DNA of 64,000 nucleotides from a virus (IMGVR_UViG_2687453341_000003:32001-96000), one strand, 5' to 3'. Counted from the first letter of the stretch, positions 37,827 through 48,074 are shown. Numbers and translations are program-made. Notes: generated by a model not told the origin, from the sequence alone.

Positions 37827-38900
37827 ATGCTCTTTAACTATCGCTATGTAACGCACGACATCGAGAAATTCCAAACATGGCTCCATCACCTGGTCAAGTC
37901 TGTGTGGTGCCGTAACGGAGGCGTTTATTCGCTCAGTCTTCTTCATCCAGATTTGAAAGCTGTCATCGAAGAAATCGCAAACGACGACAGCATAACCAAA
38001 GATCACCTTGACGGACCAATCAAGACGATCGACGCAATCTTTCAGAGTCAATTGACCCAGGCTCAACGAGCTCAAATGAGCCAGTGGTACGATCACAACA
38101 ACGATATCGAAACGCTCTGCGGAAACGATCCCAGTAAGTCGCCAGGAACGTATGCGGATGTCAGAGCAATCAATGCGGATTTAGAAACGGTGCTGAAGGC
38201 ATTTTGCAAATGCCTATTTTCAGACGTGATTCACCTGAAAGCGGTCTCTAGTCGAACCGCTGCGATCGAGCATCACTATGATGCCTTTGTCACGGAAAAC
38301 GACGAAGGCAAGTGCCCCTATTGTGGCTACAACGACATCAAGGGACTAAATAATACGAAGAAGGAAGCGTACGATCACTTTTTACCCAAGGGAACGTATC
38401 CATTCAACTCCGTGAATTTCAAGAACCTGGCATTAATGTGCCACGAGTGCAACTCAAGCTACAAACTACAAAAGGACCCGCTTCGTCATATCGACCCAAT
38501 CCGAAAAGCCGCAGGCGGCACTCGCCGCAAGGCGTTTTACAGCTTTGCGAACGTGGCTCCCACCATCACGATTAGCATGACGATTGCGTCGTCGGATGTT
38601 AACAAATTGAGCCCGTCGGAGATTGCGTTGACCGTCGATGCTGCCGGCCGAGATGAAGAACTGGAGTCATGGATGGATGTTTACGGTATCGAAGAACGCT
38701 ATAAGGCTAAGCTTTGCGCTAAGAATGACGGCAAGTACTGGCTTGTGCAGGCGATTGAAGAATGCGCTAATGGCGGAACGACACCTCAGAAGATCGTCGA
38801 GAAGATTGAACAAAACGCCAATTCGAATCCGTGGGCCGAAATAAACTTTCTCAAGTTCCCATTCCTTCAAGCTTGCAAAGACTCAGGCCTTCTGCGGTGA
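37827..38900 (+). CDS. HNH endonuclease (PtuB-like partner)
   Basis: CPYCG, DHFLPKGTYP, NLALMCHECN. Confidence 0.88.
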   Translation: MLFNYRYVTHDIEKFQTWLHHLVKSVWCRNGGVYSLSLLHPDLKAVIEEIANDDSITKDHLDGPIKTIDAIFQSQLTQAQRAQMSQWYDHNNDIETLCGNDPSKSPGTYADVRAINADLETVLKAFCKCLFSDVIHLKAVSSRTAAIEHHYDAFVTENDEGKCPYCGYNDIKGLNNTKKEAYDHFLPKGTYPFNSVNFKNLALMCHECNSSYKLQKDPLRHIDPIRKAAGGTRRKAFYSFANVAPTITISMTIASSDVNKLSPSEIALTVDAAGRDEELESWMDVYGIEERYKAKLCAKNDGKYWLVQAIEECANGGTTPQKIVEKIEQNANSNPWAEINFLKFPFLQACKDSGLLR

Positions 38901-39112
38901 CCTCCTAGCTCCTGGCGGCGGCCATACAAGTGATCGACGCGGCGATGGATCGGAATGATCACCATGTGATTCCCAGGAGATACAGATGCGAGTGAAAAGC
39001 TCCAGCATATACGGTTGGAGTCGAAGGAAAAATGAACCCTTGAGCCACTAACTGCCTTTCTACTTAGAACACAATGGATAGAGAAAATGCAAAAAGCGAA
39101 AGGCATTGATCG

Positions 39113-39649
39113 ATGAAAACCAAATACAACAAGACCTTCGGCCCAAGTGACACCGACTTCGATATGAATGCCTGCGTGGGTTATGACCCAAATTCATGGG
39201 GAACCAATGCGTCGGGCTTTCAATTGAGCGCAAACAAGCTCGTGGATTTTGCGAGAACTAGTGAATCGGATATTGATATCTTGATTTACCCGATCGCCTT
39301 TCTTTTCCGCCATACGATTGAGCTATTACTTAAGAAGGCCACTCAAACTACGGGTACTTCGAGAGTCATTGAAAAGGGACATAATCTACTTGATCGGTGG
39401 GATGCAATCGCACCTCAAGCGGAGGAGCGATTCAAGGGCAATCCCTCTTATATCGACTTCAAGGGACTACGAGAGGTCATCAAAGACTTCGAAAATGTCG
39501 ATAGTGGGTCATTTGATTTTCGTTATCCATTTACCACAAGTGGCAATCGAACGCTCGACGGCGTCACCAACGTCAACATAAACGTCTTGGCACAACGTGC
39601 CAACAATGCAATCGAGCAACTCACATTGATCATCGATGCTTATCCGTAG
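39113..39649 (+). CDS. Hypothetical, HEPN-like fold
   Basis: YPIAFLFRHTIELLLK, GHNL, FRYP segments. Confidence 0.6.
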   Translation: MKTKYNKTFGPSDTDFDMNACVGYDPNSWGTNASGFQLSANKLVDFARTSESDIDILIYPIAFLFRHTIELLLKKATQTTGTSRVIEKGHNLLDRWDAIAPQAEERFKGNPSYIDFKGLREVIKDFENVDSGSFDFRYPFTTSGNRTLDGVTNVNINVLAQRANNAIEQLTLIIDAYP

Positions 39650-39730
39650 GTGCCTGGATTCTGGTAGCCCGGAATAGGATCACAAGATTTTATTTAAAAC
39701 TGACTAGTTGCGAACGGATACTCCAATCGA

Positions 39731-40516
39731 ATGGACGAAGATGCAATCCATGAGCCGATAGCTTTACTTCACTCGCTTGTACCCGAAGTCCATCGCCGTA
39801 TTGCGGGCGGGATTATCGATCGCTTTCCTCGTGGCGGCAACTTCTATAGTTTCATCCGGCGATACCACAGCGTTATTGGAAAGGATCTGCGGAATCAGAG
39901 GGGCATCGAAGATTGCAAAGACGTTCTTTCTGAACTTGAGTTTGCGGCACTGACAGCAAATTTTTTTGCATCCCTTCAGTACCAAGTCTCAACTCCTACA
40001 GGCAAGAAAATTGACTTCCTTGCGGAGTTCGAGCAGACAGGGCATGTAGGCATAGAAGTCAAGCGAATCAGAGAGATTCCAGAGCCGACCTCTTACAACG
40101 AAGAAGATCAAATTCACGAGATCAACTACTCTCAGAAGGAGTCATTTAAGTTCACTGGTAACATCATGGCTGCGATGCATCAATTGATGCCAGATGTTCC
40201 GAATGTGATTTACGTGAAGATCGAAAGCACCGTCCACGAATTTTATGACGCTGCCGTCGCATTGAACGCCATCGTCCAACGAGTCCGCAACAAGGATATC
40301 GACTTCCTTCGAAAGCACAAATTCGATTCTACCGCACAGTTTCTCGACCATTATCAGCGTATGAACCTTCTGGTTGTCCGGTCAAAGTGGGGGCAAAGCA
40401 TTTCGTCCACCGGGACAGACTTTAACTCCAATCGAATTTGGAGAAACGAAGAAGCCGCAATTGGTCTTCCTGAAAACGTGGTGGACATCTTTCGTCGGGG
40501 GGAAAATTGGGGATAA
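39731..40516 (+). CDS. Hypothetical, restriction-endonuclease-like (PD-(D/E)XK)
   Basis: ELEFAA...KKIDFL...GIEVKRI. Confidence 0.6.
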   Translation: MDEDAIHEPIALLHSLVPEVHRRIAGGIIDRFPRGGNFYSFIRRYHSVIGKDLRNQRGIEDCKDVLSELEFAALTANFFASLQYQVSTPTGKKIDFLAEFEQTGHVGIEVKRIREIPEPTSYNEEDQIHEINYSQKESFKFTGNIMAAMHQLMPDVPNVIYVKIESTVHEFYDAAVALNAIVQRVRNKDIDFLRKHKFDSTAQFLDHYQRMNLLVVRSKWGQSISSTGTDFNSNRIWRNEEAAIGLPENVVDIFRRGENWG

Positions 40517-40769
40517 ATTCACCTCCGCAACTCGTTCCTGCGGGCGTCTCCATTTGCGAGAGAGTTCTCGCGGTTCAGATCTAGATCGGAAAACAAGTCG
40601 TGGGCACCTCCTTCGACTGTTAAACAGAACTACTCTGTCAAACAGAGAATCTGAGAGTTGCAGACGAATTTGCGCGGTCCGGTCGCGGAAATGCGATTTT
40701 CGGGCGAAATGAGAGCGCTCTCTGTTTGGCGGCCAGCGGGACGAGAAACCCGAAAACCCCCAGAAAACA

Positions 40770-42709
40770 ATCGGGTAGGAGGCGGGATTACTCCCGCCGT
40801 CCTCCCACACCACCGTACGTACGGTTCCGTATACGGCGGTTCAGGTCTAACGACGATTCAGCTCAGTGCCTTTCTGGACGAGGCTTATCAGCCCAAGTTG
40901 CGTGAGGTGGCGAGTAGGCAGGGCCTGATTCATGTGGCTAGCGCCAGCATTCCACCAGGGGCCATGACCATTGCCAGCACAGACCCACGCTCGCACGCGG
41001 TCAATGCCAAGGCGAGTCAGTTCGCGGGCTCGTTTGGGCGGACGCTTCCATTGGCGCCAGTAGATGGCGCGTAACTTCCTGCGTAACCAGCTATCAAGTT
41101 CCTCGAACGTTTTCTTCACTTCACTCTTCCGGTAGTACGACACCCAACCGATCAGGACCGGCTGCAACTGAGCAAGCACCGTACGCACATTGCGACCTCG
41201 TGCCTTGCGGAGTTCCTCGCGTAGGCGACCCTTGAAGCGTTTGACCGATTCAGGAGACACCTTAAACTTCGGTTGGTGATGGTGCGTGAACGTATAGCCC
41301 AGGAACTTGCGGTTCCAGGGGCGGTCCACGGCACTCTTGGCTCGATTCACTGTCAGTCGCAGTTTCTCGCTCAGGAAGCGTTCGACACCATTAAGCACTC
41401 GCTCACCGGCGCGGTGACTGCGAACGTAAATGTTACAGTCATCAGCGTAGCGAACGAATTTGTGGCCTCGGCGTTCCAGCTCCTTGTCCAGCTCATCGAG
41501 CAGGACGTTGGACAGAAGCGGTGATAAGGGACCGCCTTGCGGCGTTCCCTCGCTGCGTGGACTCACGATGCCGCCTTCCATGATGCCAGCTTGCAGATAC
41601 AAGCGGATCAGTTTCAGGATGCGTTTGTCTTGGATCTGACGTGCAAGGCGACTCATCAGGATGTCGTGATTGACGCGATCGAAGAACTTTTCCAAGTCCA
41701 TGTCGACAACCCAGCGATGCCCTGAAGCAATGTGTTCCTTGGCACGATCCAACGCCTGATGCGTACTCCGGCCTGGGCGAAACCCAAAGCTAGAATCCGA
41801 AAACATTGGATCGTAGAGCCTCGTGAGCACTTGCAGTAAAGCTTGCTGGATCAAGCGATCTAGCACTGTCGGTATGCCCAGCATGCGCATCCCTTTGCCA
41901 CCGGGTTTAGGTATTTCTACCTTTCGCACAGGGCTCGGACGATACGTTCCGCTGAACAGTTCTTCCCGGTGGCGTTCCCAATGCTCTCGGCAGTAGCCTG
42001 GCAGTTCATCGACGGTCACCCCATCAACGCCTGCGGCTCCTTTATTACCGACAACACGGCTCAACGCCTGCAACATATTGCTGCGGCTTAGCACCTCCTC
42101 CATCGTGACGGTGACTGAATGTTCAGTGTTCTCATTGCATGCCGGAAGTGTTTGACGCGCGTACGAATTACCCTCAGCGGTTCCGCCGCATACTCTTGTT
42201 CGCCGCTCAGGCTTCTCAGCCGTCATCTCTGCGTCTACCTCACATCACGAATACTTTGCACCAAACGGTTAAACTTGTTCGGCCCTTCGTCAGCTAAAGC
42301 CTCCGACTACTATGGCCTCTGCTGACTTCTACGGTGACATCGTAACCTCTTGCGAGGCAACTAGCTTTGCAGCATCCCCGTAGATCTCTCAGGGTAAGAC
42401 GCGTAACTTTCCTCTCGTATATTCGCCGCATATACGCCGACTCGGTCCGAATGACATTGGGCTTTGAATCTTCGTGCCTTCTCGCCCACCGGGTCGTCGC
42501 CTCGTATACGGTTCGTGTACCTCGAACCGAGAGTTTGCCTGCTGCTTCCTTCAGATTCAGAGTTGCCCCTGACACCCTTGCAGTCGACTAGGAGTTCCTG
42601 TCATCAAGGCCTCCATCGGGACTTGCACCCGACAAGTTACTTCCTGGTTCACTTTCGCTTGCCAGTTGCGAGCGTCAGTCAATGACGCTCCGCGTCATGC
42701 CTGACGCAC
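40770..42709 (-). mobile_element. Group II intron, bacterial class C
   Basis: 5' GTGCG at 42709. Domain V/VI GAACCGCCGTATACGGAACCGTACGTACGGTGGTGTGGGAGG...CCTACCCGAT ends at 40770. Inserted 3 nt after a terminator U-tract. Confidence 0.93.
40847..42226 (-). CDS. ltrA: Group II intron reverse transcriptase/maturase (no endonuclease domain)
   Basis: NKGAAGVDG, RMLGIPTVLDR, GTPQGGPLSPLLSN, RYADD, FLGY, maturase domain. Confidence 0.96.
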   Translation of the reverse strand: MTAEKPERRTRVCGGTAEGNSYARQTLPACNENTEHSVTVTMEEVLSRSNMLQALSRVVGNKGAAGVDGVTVDELPGYCREHWERHREELFSGTYRPSPVRKVEIPKPGGKGMRMLGIPTVLDRLIQQALLQVLTRLYDPMFSDSSFGFRPGRSTHQALDRAKEHIASGHRWVVDMDLEKFFDRVNHDILMSRLARQIQDKRILKLIRLYLQAGIMEGGIVSPRSEGTPQGGPLSPLLSNVLLDELDKELERRGHKFVRYADDCNIYVRSHRAGERVLNGVERFLSEKLRLTVNRAKSAVDRPWNRKFLGYTFTHHHQPKFKVSPESVKRFKGRLREELRKARGRNVRTVLAQLQPVLIGWVSYYRKSEVKKTFEELDSWLRRKLRAIYWRQWKRPPKRARELTRLGIDRVRAWVCAGNGHGPWWNAGASHMNQALPTRHLTQLGLISLVQKGTELNRR

Positions 42710-42712
42710 ACG

Positions 42713-42742
42713 AAAAAAGCCGAGGGATTTAATCCTCGGCTT
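42713..42742 (-). terminator. Intrinsic terminator downstream of the tRNA fragment (intron target)
   Basis: GCCGAGG-N8-CCTCGGC-TTTTTT on the minus strand. Confidence 0.85.
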
Positions 42743-42783
42743 CTCTGTTAAATCGAACCCTCGGAAATTCCGAGGATTTGAAA

Positions 42784-42832
42784 GGCTCCCCCGGGTGGGC
42801 TCGAACCACCGACACGCGGATTAACAGTCCGC
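42784..42832 (-). pseudogene. 3' part of tRNA-Asn(GTT); probable att site
   Basis: Anticodon arm GCGGA-CTGTTAA-TCCGC, T arm GGTGG-TTCGAGC-CCACC, 3' acceptor CGGGGGAGCC; no matching 5' acceptor strand. Confidence 0.8.
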
Positions 42833-43142
42833 CTTGGGAGCTCTACTTGTTGAGTCGAGTTGAGTTGGTGAATCGTATCGGATTTCAATGAAATCGCAAC
42901 CTCGCGGAGTGCTCGGGTATCGATCGAGCGAATACTATCCCGCAGCAGCCAGCGGACCATGGGACCAGGCCTGTCCGCATGCCGGCGTGGGTCCCATTTC
43001 GGCCGGCCACGCCGGCGACCCCTACGGGAACAACCGCCTATTATGACACACTTGCTTGCTCGCAGGCTCGCGGCGAGTTTGTAGCGACGAATTCGGTACT
43101 CCGGATGGGTGGTTGACTAGGTAAATCGCTAGTCTTCCGCCC

Positions 43143-43343
43143 ATGGCTACCAAGCAACAACTCCAGCAGCGACTCGACGACATCGACGCGATTCTCGCGT
43201 CAGGTTCGACCTCCCTCCAGGTCGACGGTGTGACAGTTTCCTTCGACCACGCCGCGCTGAAAAACGAGCGAGCCAGGATCGAGGGGGAGCTTGGAAAAAA
43301 AACGCGGAAGCCAGTCGCCTACCGAGTGAATCTAGGGGGCTGA
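43143..43343 (+). CDS. gpW-like head-tail joining protein
   Basis: 66 aa, helix-hairpin-helix pattern (IDAILASG..VDGVTVSF), directly before the portal. Confidence 0.75.
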   Translation: MATKQQLQQRLDDIDAILASGSTSLQVDGVTVSFDHAALKNERARIEGELGKKTRKPVAYRVNLGG

Positions 43344-43344
43344 C

Positions 43345-44841
43345 ATGACATTCGATCCCACGTTTCAGTTCTCTGTTGGAGCAACGGAATACTCGAGCGC
43401 GACCGCACCAGGATCTTCCTCCGGATACGACGCTCTCGAACCGAAGGGCCGAAGAAAAGCGCCGCCGGCAACAGTCGTTCGCGAAGACGCCATCGTAAAG
43501 GGCGGAAAGCGAACGAGGCTGCAGGCGAATGCAAACGACATCGCTCGCAACTTCTCCATTGCGGCTTGGGCTGTCCGTCGACATCTCGATTACGTCTCGC
43601 GTTTTACATTCCACGCCCGGTGTAAAGATCGCGGATTGAATCGAGATGTCGAGCAGCTCATCAAGAACCAGTCGCAGGCGAAGAAATGCGATCGCGGTGG
43701 ACGCATGAATCGGGAACGAATGTTCCGTATGGCGGAAGCCAGGCGAGTGCTCGACGGAGACGTCGGATTCATCCTCCTGAACGACCGTCGGATGCAGACC
43801 ATCGAGTCGGATTTGATTCGACAACCCGAGAAGCTGCTCGGTCCACACGAATGGGTTGATGGCATCGAGGCCGATTATGCCGGCGAACCCAAGCAATACT
43901 CTATCTGGGGACGAAGCCGGGGAGGCGTCGGGTATCAATGGCGTCGAAATGTACCGGCCAAAAACTTCATTCACTACGGATTCTTTGAACGATGTGCGAG
44001 CGACCAGTATCGTGGGATTTCCCCAATAGTTTCGAGTCTCAATAACTATCGCGATGTCTACGAGAAGATTGATTACGCGTTGGTGAAGTCGAAGCTCCAG
44101 CAACTCTTCGCGCTCGCGTTGATGCGAGACAAAGATGCAACTTCCCTTGATGGTGCGATGCCGGGAGCAAATGGATCGACGGATGACGAAGATGACGACG
44201 ACAGCAACAACGAGGCACAGCCTCGGACCATCGATTTGACCCACGGTCCAACCGTGCTCGATCTCGACGACGGTGAAAAAGTCGAAGTGATTGAGAGCAA
44301 GAATCCATCGAATGAGTTTCAGAACTTCACGCGACTCGTGATCATGATCGCGTTGAAAGCCCTGGACATCCCGTATTCATTCTTCGACGAGTCCCACACG
44401 AACTACAGCGGATCTCGTACGGGATGGCTTCACTACGAGCGATCGACCCTCGCAAATCGCGATGACCAAGTCGAGATGCGAACCCGATGGACCGATTTTC
44501 AGCTCCAAGGTGCGGTGCTGAATGGTGAGCTCGTGTTGCCATCCCGTATGAGCGTTGAAGACGTCATTTATGAATGGGTCCCACTCGGGATGCCATGGTG
44601 GAAGCCGTCCGAAGAAATCGTAGGGGACCTGAAAGCGATTGCTAGTGGTCTCGATTCCCCAATCAACATCACCAAGAGTCGTGGCACGGGTGACATCTTC
44701 GACAACATCGACGACTTATGCGAAGTGATCGCCTACGCGAACAAGAAGGGTGAAGAGGTTCTTGGTCACGCCCTCCGCCTGAACTTCGATCCCGGTCCAT
44801 TCCCAGCAGCTGTAACCACGGCCAATCAGGATTCCAAATAA
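43345..44841 (+). CDS. Lambda-family portal protein
   Basis: GYDA, DIARN, QYRGISP, TNYSGSR, MPWWKPSEE. Confidence 0.9.
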   Translation: MTFDPTFQFSVGATEYSSATAPGSSSGYDALEPKGRRKAPPATVVREDAIVKGGKRTRLQANANDIARNFSIAAWAVRRHLDYVSRFTFHARCKDRGLNRDVEQLIKNQSQAKKCDRGGRMNRERMFRMAEARRVLDGDVGFILLNDRRMQTIESDLIRQPEKLLGPHEWVDGIEADYAGEPKQYSIWGRSRGGVGYQWRRNVPAKNFIHYGFFERCASDQYRGISPIVSSLNNYRDVYEKIDYALVKSKLQQLFALALMRDKDATSLDGAMPGANGSTDDEDDDDSNNEAQPRTIDLTHGPTVLDLDDGEKVEVIESKNPSNEFQNFTRLVIMIALKALDIPYSFFDESHTNYSGSRTGWLHYERSTLANRDDQVEMRTRWTDFQLQGAVLNGELVLPSRMSVEDVIYEWVPLGMPWWKPSEEIVGDLKAIASGLDSPINITKSRGTGDIFDNIDDLCEVIAYANKKGEEVLGHALRLNFDPGPFPAAVTTANQDSK

Positions 44842-44842
44842 C

Positions 44843-46204
44843 ATGGATGTGCAACTTGCCGTACCACGTGAAGCTATTCCCCACTTTGCATGCTGGGTGG
44901 GCGCGTGGGCGATGTACGAGCCACACTTCAATGCTTTGTATGAGCAGATGCAACGTACCAATTTTACGGTGCACTTTGCTGACCTCGAAGGGCATCGCAA
45001 AGAAGCATTGGAGAGGATTGAGAATTACGAGCCCAACGTTGTGGATGGAATCGCCATCGTGTCCATCGAAGGGCCGATGATGAAACATCAGGCGAGCATG
45101 AGTGACAACGTTTCGACTGTCATCACGCGACGTTCAATCATCTCTCTGGCAAACGATCCGACCGTCCAGGGAATCATGGTGAAGCTCTGCACGCCAGGCG
45201 GGACAGTCCAGGGAACACCAGAACTCGGTGAATCAATTCTATTCGCTCGCGAAAAGAAGCCTGTTTGGGCTTATGGTTGCGACCTGCTGGCTTCCGCCGG
45301 CTATTGGGTCGGCAGCCAGTGTGAAAGGATCGAAACGAATGCGCTTTGCAAGGTCGGATCCATCGGTACGTTGAACGTTGCATTTGATCTATCGGAAAAG
45401 GCGTCAAAGGAAGGGATCAAAGTTCACGTACTCAGTACTGGCCAATTCAAAGGTGCATTTGTACCTGGCGCACCCATCACAGAGGCCCATTTGCTTGAAG
45501 CAAAAAGCCAAATCGAAAAGATCAACGGATTCTTCCTCGAAGCCATTCAGTCAGGACGCGGGTTTGATGCAGAAAAGGCAAAGCAGCTTGCCGACGGCCG
45601 TGTTTGGATTGGAGCCGATGCAGTTGCGCTCGGCTTATCGGACGGTGTGAGCAAGTTCGATGACTACTTCGGGCGTTTTGTAACCCACTGCAATGCTCAG
45701 TCGAACAAGTATCGACGAAGTGACAATCCGCGAATGCAGACGGGGGCTCGATCTTCTACCGTGGGCTCTTCCAATTCATCACGCAATCAACTTTCTGGCA
45801 GCCAAGGCGAAAAGATGTCCGAATCCAATCCAAACCCATCCAATGTTGATGCACGAGCCGAACTACAGGCATATACGTCGCGTTTCGGCCTCGAACTTGG
45901 TGTCGATTTCTTCCAACGAAACGTGTCACTCGCCGACGCGTCTATCGAGTACTCCACCAAGGTGACAGCACAGCACAAAACGGAGCTCGAGCGAGTCAAC
46001 AAGGAACACGCCGAAGCGATCGCTGGGTTAAACACTCAACTCGCCGCGGTCGCCAAAGAGCGTGATGAGTTCAGAGCAAAACTGGAAGCGGCCAAGATCT
46101 CGTTGGGAGAGCCAACAGCGGTCGATACCGGCAAACCGGCTCCAAACGGCGCCCCTGGCAAGTCATTCGGTTCCCTCATTCGTCCTGCAAGTCCAACCAA
46201 ATAA
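44843..46204 (+). CDS. S49 (SppA-like) head maturation protease with C-terminal scaffold-like region
   Basis: TPGGTV, LASAGYWVGS, VGSIGT, ADGRVWIG; coiled-coil tail. Confidence 0.9.
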   Translation: MDVQLAVPREAIPHFACWVGAWAMYEPHFNALYEQMQRTNFTVHFADLEGHRKEALERIENYEPNVVDGIAIVSIEGPMMKHQASMSDNVSTVITRRSIISLANDPTVQGIMVKLCTPGGTVQGTPELGESILFAREKKPVWAYGCDLLASAGYWVGSQCERIETNALCKVGSIGTLNVAFDLSEKASKEGIKVHVLSTGQFKGAFVPGAPITEAHLLEAKSQIEKINGFFLEAIQSGRGFDAEKAKQLADGRVWIGADAVALGLSDGVSKFDDYFGRFVTHCNAQSNKYRRSDNPRMQTGARSSTVGSSNSSRNQLSGSQGEKMSESNPNPSNVDARAELQAYTSRFGLELGVDFFQRNVSLADASIEYSTKVTAQHKTELERVNKEHAEAIAGLNTQLAAVAKERDEFRAKLEAAKISLGEPTAVDTGKPAPNGAPGKSFGSLIRPASPTK

Positions 46205-46266
46205 GCGGTCAACGACTTCGTTGCCTGTCGCCCATTCTCATTTTCGTCTAGGAATCCAACGCAATC

Positions 46267-47211
46267 ATGGCTGATACCCTCATTACCCTCGCGGATGTTG
46301 TCAAGATCAACGATGTATCGGTCCGTGATATGGGTGCAACGGACATCTTCAACGATGCTCCCCTCCTTGCAGCTCTTCATGCGATCACTGCATCAAACGG
46401 AACCGTCCACAGTTACCTCAAAGAAGCAACTGCCCCTGTCGTAGGTTTCCGCGCGGCGAACACGGGCTTGGATGTTACCAGTTCGACCGATACCAAAGTC
46501 GATCTCGCCCTGCACTACTTGGACGCTCGGGTCACGATGGACAAAATGCTCGCCGATTCCGGCAAGGGTCGCGACTACCATCTTGAACGGCAATCGAAGC
46601 GTAACCTACGCCAAGGCCTCTTCGTCGCTGAAAACCAAATCATTAACGGCGGTACGGCTAATGGTACGGCGTTCAATGGTTTCCTGCAGGCTCTAAATGC
46701 ACTCGCCAACCCTATGGTAGTGAATGCGGCAGGGGCTGCAGCTCGGAGTAGCGTGTACGCGATCCGCTGCACTCCCGACGAAGCGAATGTCTGCGTGATC
46801 ATGGGGAACGATGGCGAAATCAAGATTGACCCATACTTCGAGTCTCTGCAAACCGATGGGACTGGTAAGGCATTCGTTGGCTACACCGTTCCAATCGCAG
46901 GCTGGATTGGCCTCCAGGTCGGTGCGGCAAAGTCAATCGCCCGCCTCGCTAACATTCCGGCTTCTGGTACAGGTTCGGTAACCGATGTGCTTCTCCAAAG
47001 CCTGTTCGATTTGTTCCCATCGAGTGCCCCACCCACGCACTTCGTAATGAACCGTCGATCCAGGGGCCAACTCCAGGCCTCGCGTGCGACGGTGAACGTG
47101 GGAGGAAACAGCAAGTTGATCACCAAGCACGCCCCCATTCCTACCGACTGGGAAGGAATTCCAATCGTCTGTGTGGAGTCAATTGGTAACGCCGAAACGG
47201 CTGTTGCTTAA
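46267..47211 (+). CDS. Major capsid protein
   Basis: 314 aa after the protease; P.VGFRAAN, FNG, PTHFVMNRR, GIPIVCVESI. Confidence 0.8.
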   Translation: MADTLITLADVVKINDVSVRDMGATDIFNDAPLLAALHAITASNGTVHSYLKEATAPVVGFRAANTGLDVTSSTDTKVDLALHYLDARVTMDKMLADSGKGRDYHLERQSKRNLRQGLFVAENQIINGGTANGTAFNGFLQALNALANPMVVNAAGAAARSSVYAIRCTPDEANVCVIMGNDGEIKIDPYFESLQTDGTGKAFVGYTVPIAGWIGLQVGAAKSIARLANIPASGTGSVTDVLLQSLFDLFPSSAPPTHFVMNRRSRGQLQASRATVNVGGNSKLITKHAPIPTDWEGIPIVCVESIGNAETAVA

Positions 47212-47247
47212 TTCCCTGGAGCAAGCTCGATCGAGGATTGATTCGCG

Positions 47248-47622
47248 ATGACCGTTTTGGGGCGATTGATACCCGCAACCTTTCGCACCTTGCAGAGACT
47301 CAACGGCGTCGCTGTTCGCTACCACTACAACGACGAACAATTCATCCCGATCGAGCTTGCAGTCCGGACAAAACCAAAGCCGCAGCGACAAGACATCGTC
47401 GATGGGATTGGTTTCGATTCATTGCGATGGGATTGGCTGATTGCCCCTGAGTGTTTAGTTGATGGAAACGGTGCACCGATCGTTCCGACGGTAGGACACC
47501 GAATTGAGCGACTTTGCGACAAGCTCATTCACGTAGTCGTTCGCGATCCGCGTGAGAATTGCTGGCGCTGGTCGGATGATAGCCATACTTGGCGACGCGT
47601 TTACACCGAGGAGCTTTCCTGA
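47248..47622 (+). CDS. Putative head-closure/head-tail protein
   Basis: Position after the capsid; C-terminal WRWSD...RRVYT. Confidence 0.65.
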   Translation: MTVLGRLIPATFRTLQRLNGVAVRYHYNDEQFIPIELAVRTKPKPQRQDIVDGIGFDSLRWDWLIAPECLVDGNGAPIVPTVGHRIERLCDKLIHVVVRDPRENCWRWSDDSHTWRRVYTEELS

Positions 47623-48074
47623 TGTCCCATCCGCTTCTCACGCTGCGGGATGCACTCGTTGCCAAGCTCATCGCGATGAACAAGTCAGCTGAAGCAAGGT
47701 ACGTCGAGTACAAAAGCAAAAGAGAGGTGAAGGATGGAAAGTACTTGGTAGCTATCGCGAGTGAATCAGATAAGCAGTTCCGGAACGTCGACCAACGAGA
47801 CTACTTCATAGATGTTGCATACCAGAGGAGCCTTCCGGAAGCGACAAAAGAAAAGCCCGACCCTCTTGAGAACAACGCTTTTCTTGACGCGTGCGTGATT
47901 GAGGTCGCGACGGTCAAGGCGTTGTTCCAAGAGGGAGGCGAACTGCGAGGAAATGCACTGGCTGATTGCGTTGCCATTGAGATCCTCGACGGACCTTTGT
48001 ATCTGCCAAATCACCTGACTGAACACAACATTTTCACCTCTTCGTTCCGAGTCCGATTTCGGTTGGAAGGGTAA
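47622..48074 (+). CDS. Putative tail terminator
   Basis: TGATG coupling with the previous gene; position before the tube. Confidence 0.6.
   Translation: MSHPLLTLRDALVAKLIAMNKSAEARYVEYKSKREVKDGKYLVAIASESDKQFRNVDQRDYFIDVAYQRSLPEATKEKPDPLENNAFLDACVIEVATVKALFQEGGELRGNALADCVAIEILDGPLYLPNHLTEHNIFTSSFRVRFRLEG

Noticed and set aside
40847-42226. Reverse transcriptase as a DGR or retron acting on tail fibres
   Set aside because: It has group II intron RT motifs, a maturase domain and full intron ends; no TR/VR pair or msr-msd was seen.
42784-42870. Intact tRNA-Asn gene
   Set aside because: Upstream there is only a loose D-arm resemblance (CTCAACAAGTAGAGC) with extra bases, and no 5' strand to pair with the acceptor stem.
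43147-44244. 365-aa minus-strand ORF
   Set aside because: Mostly a codon-register shadow of the portal gene; no motifs or operon context.
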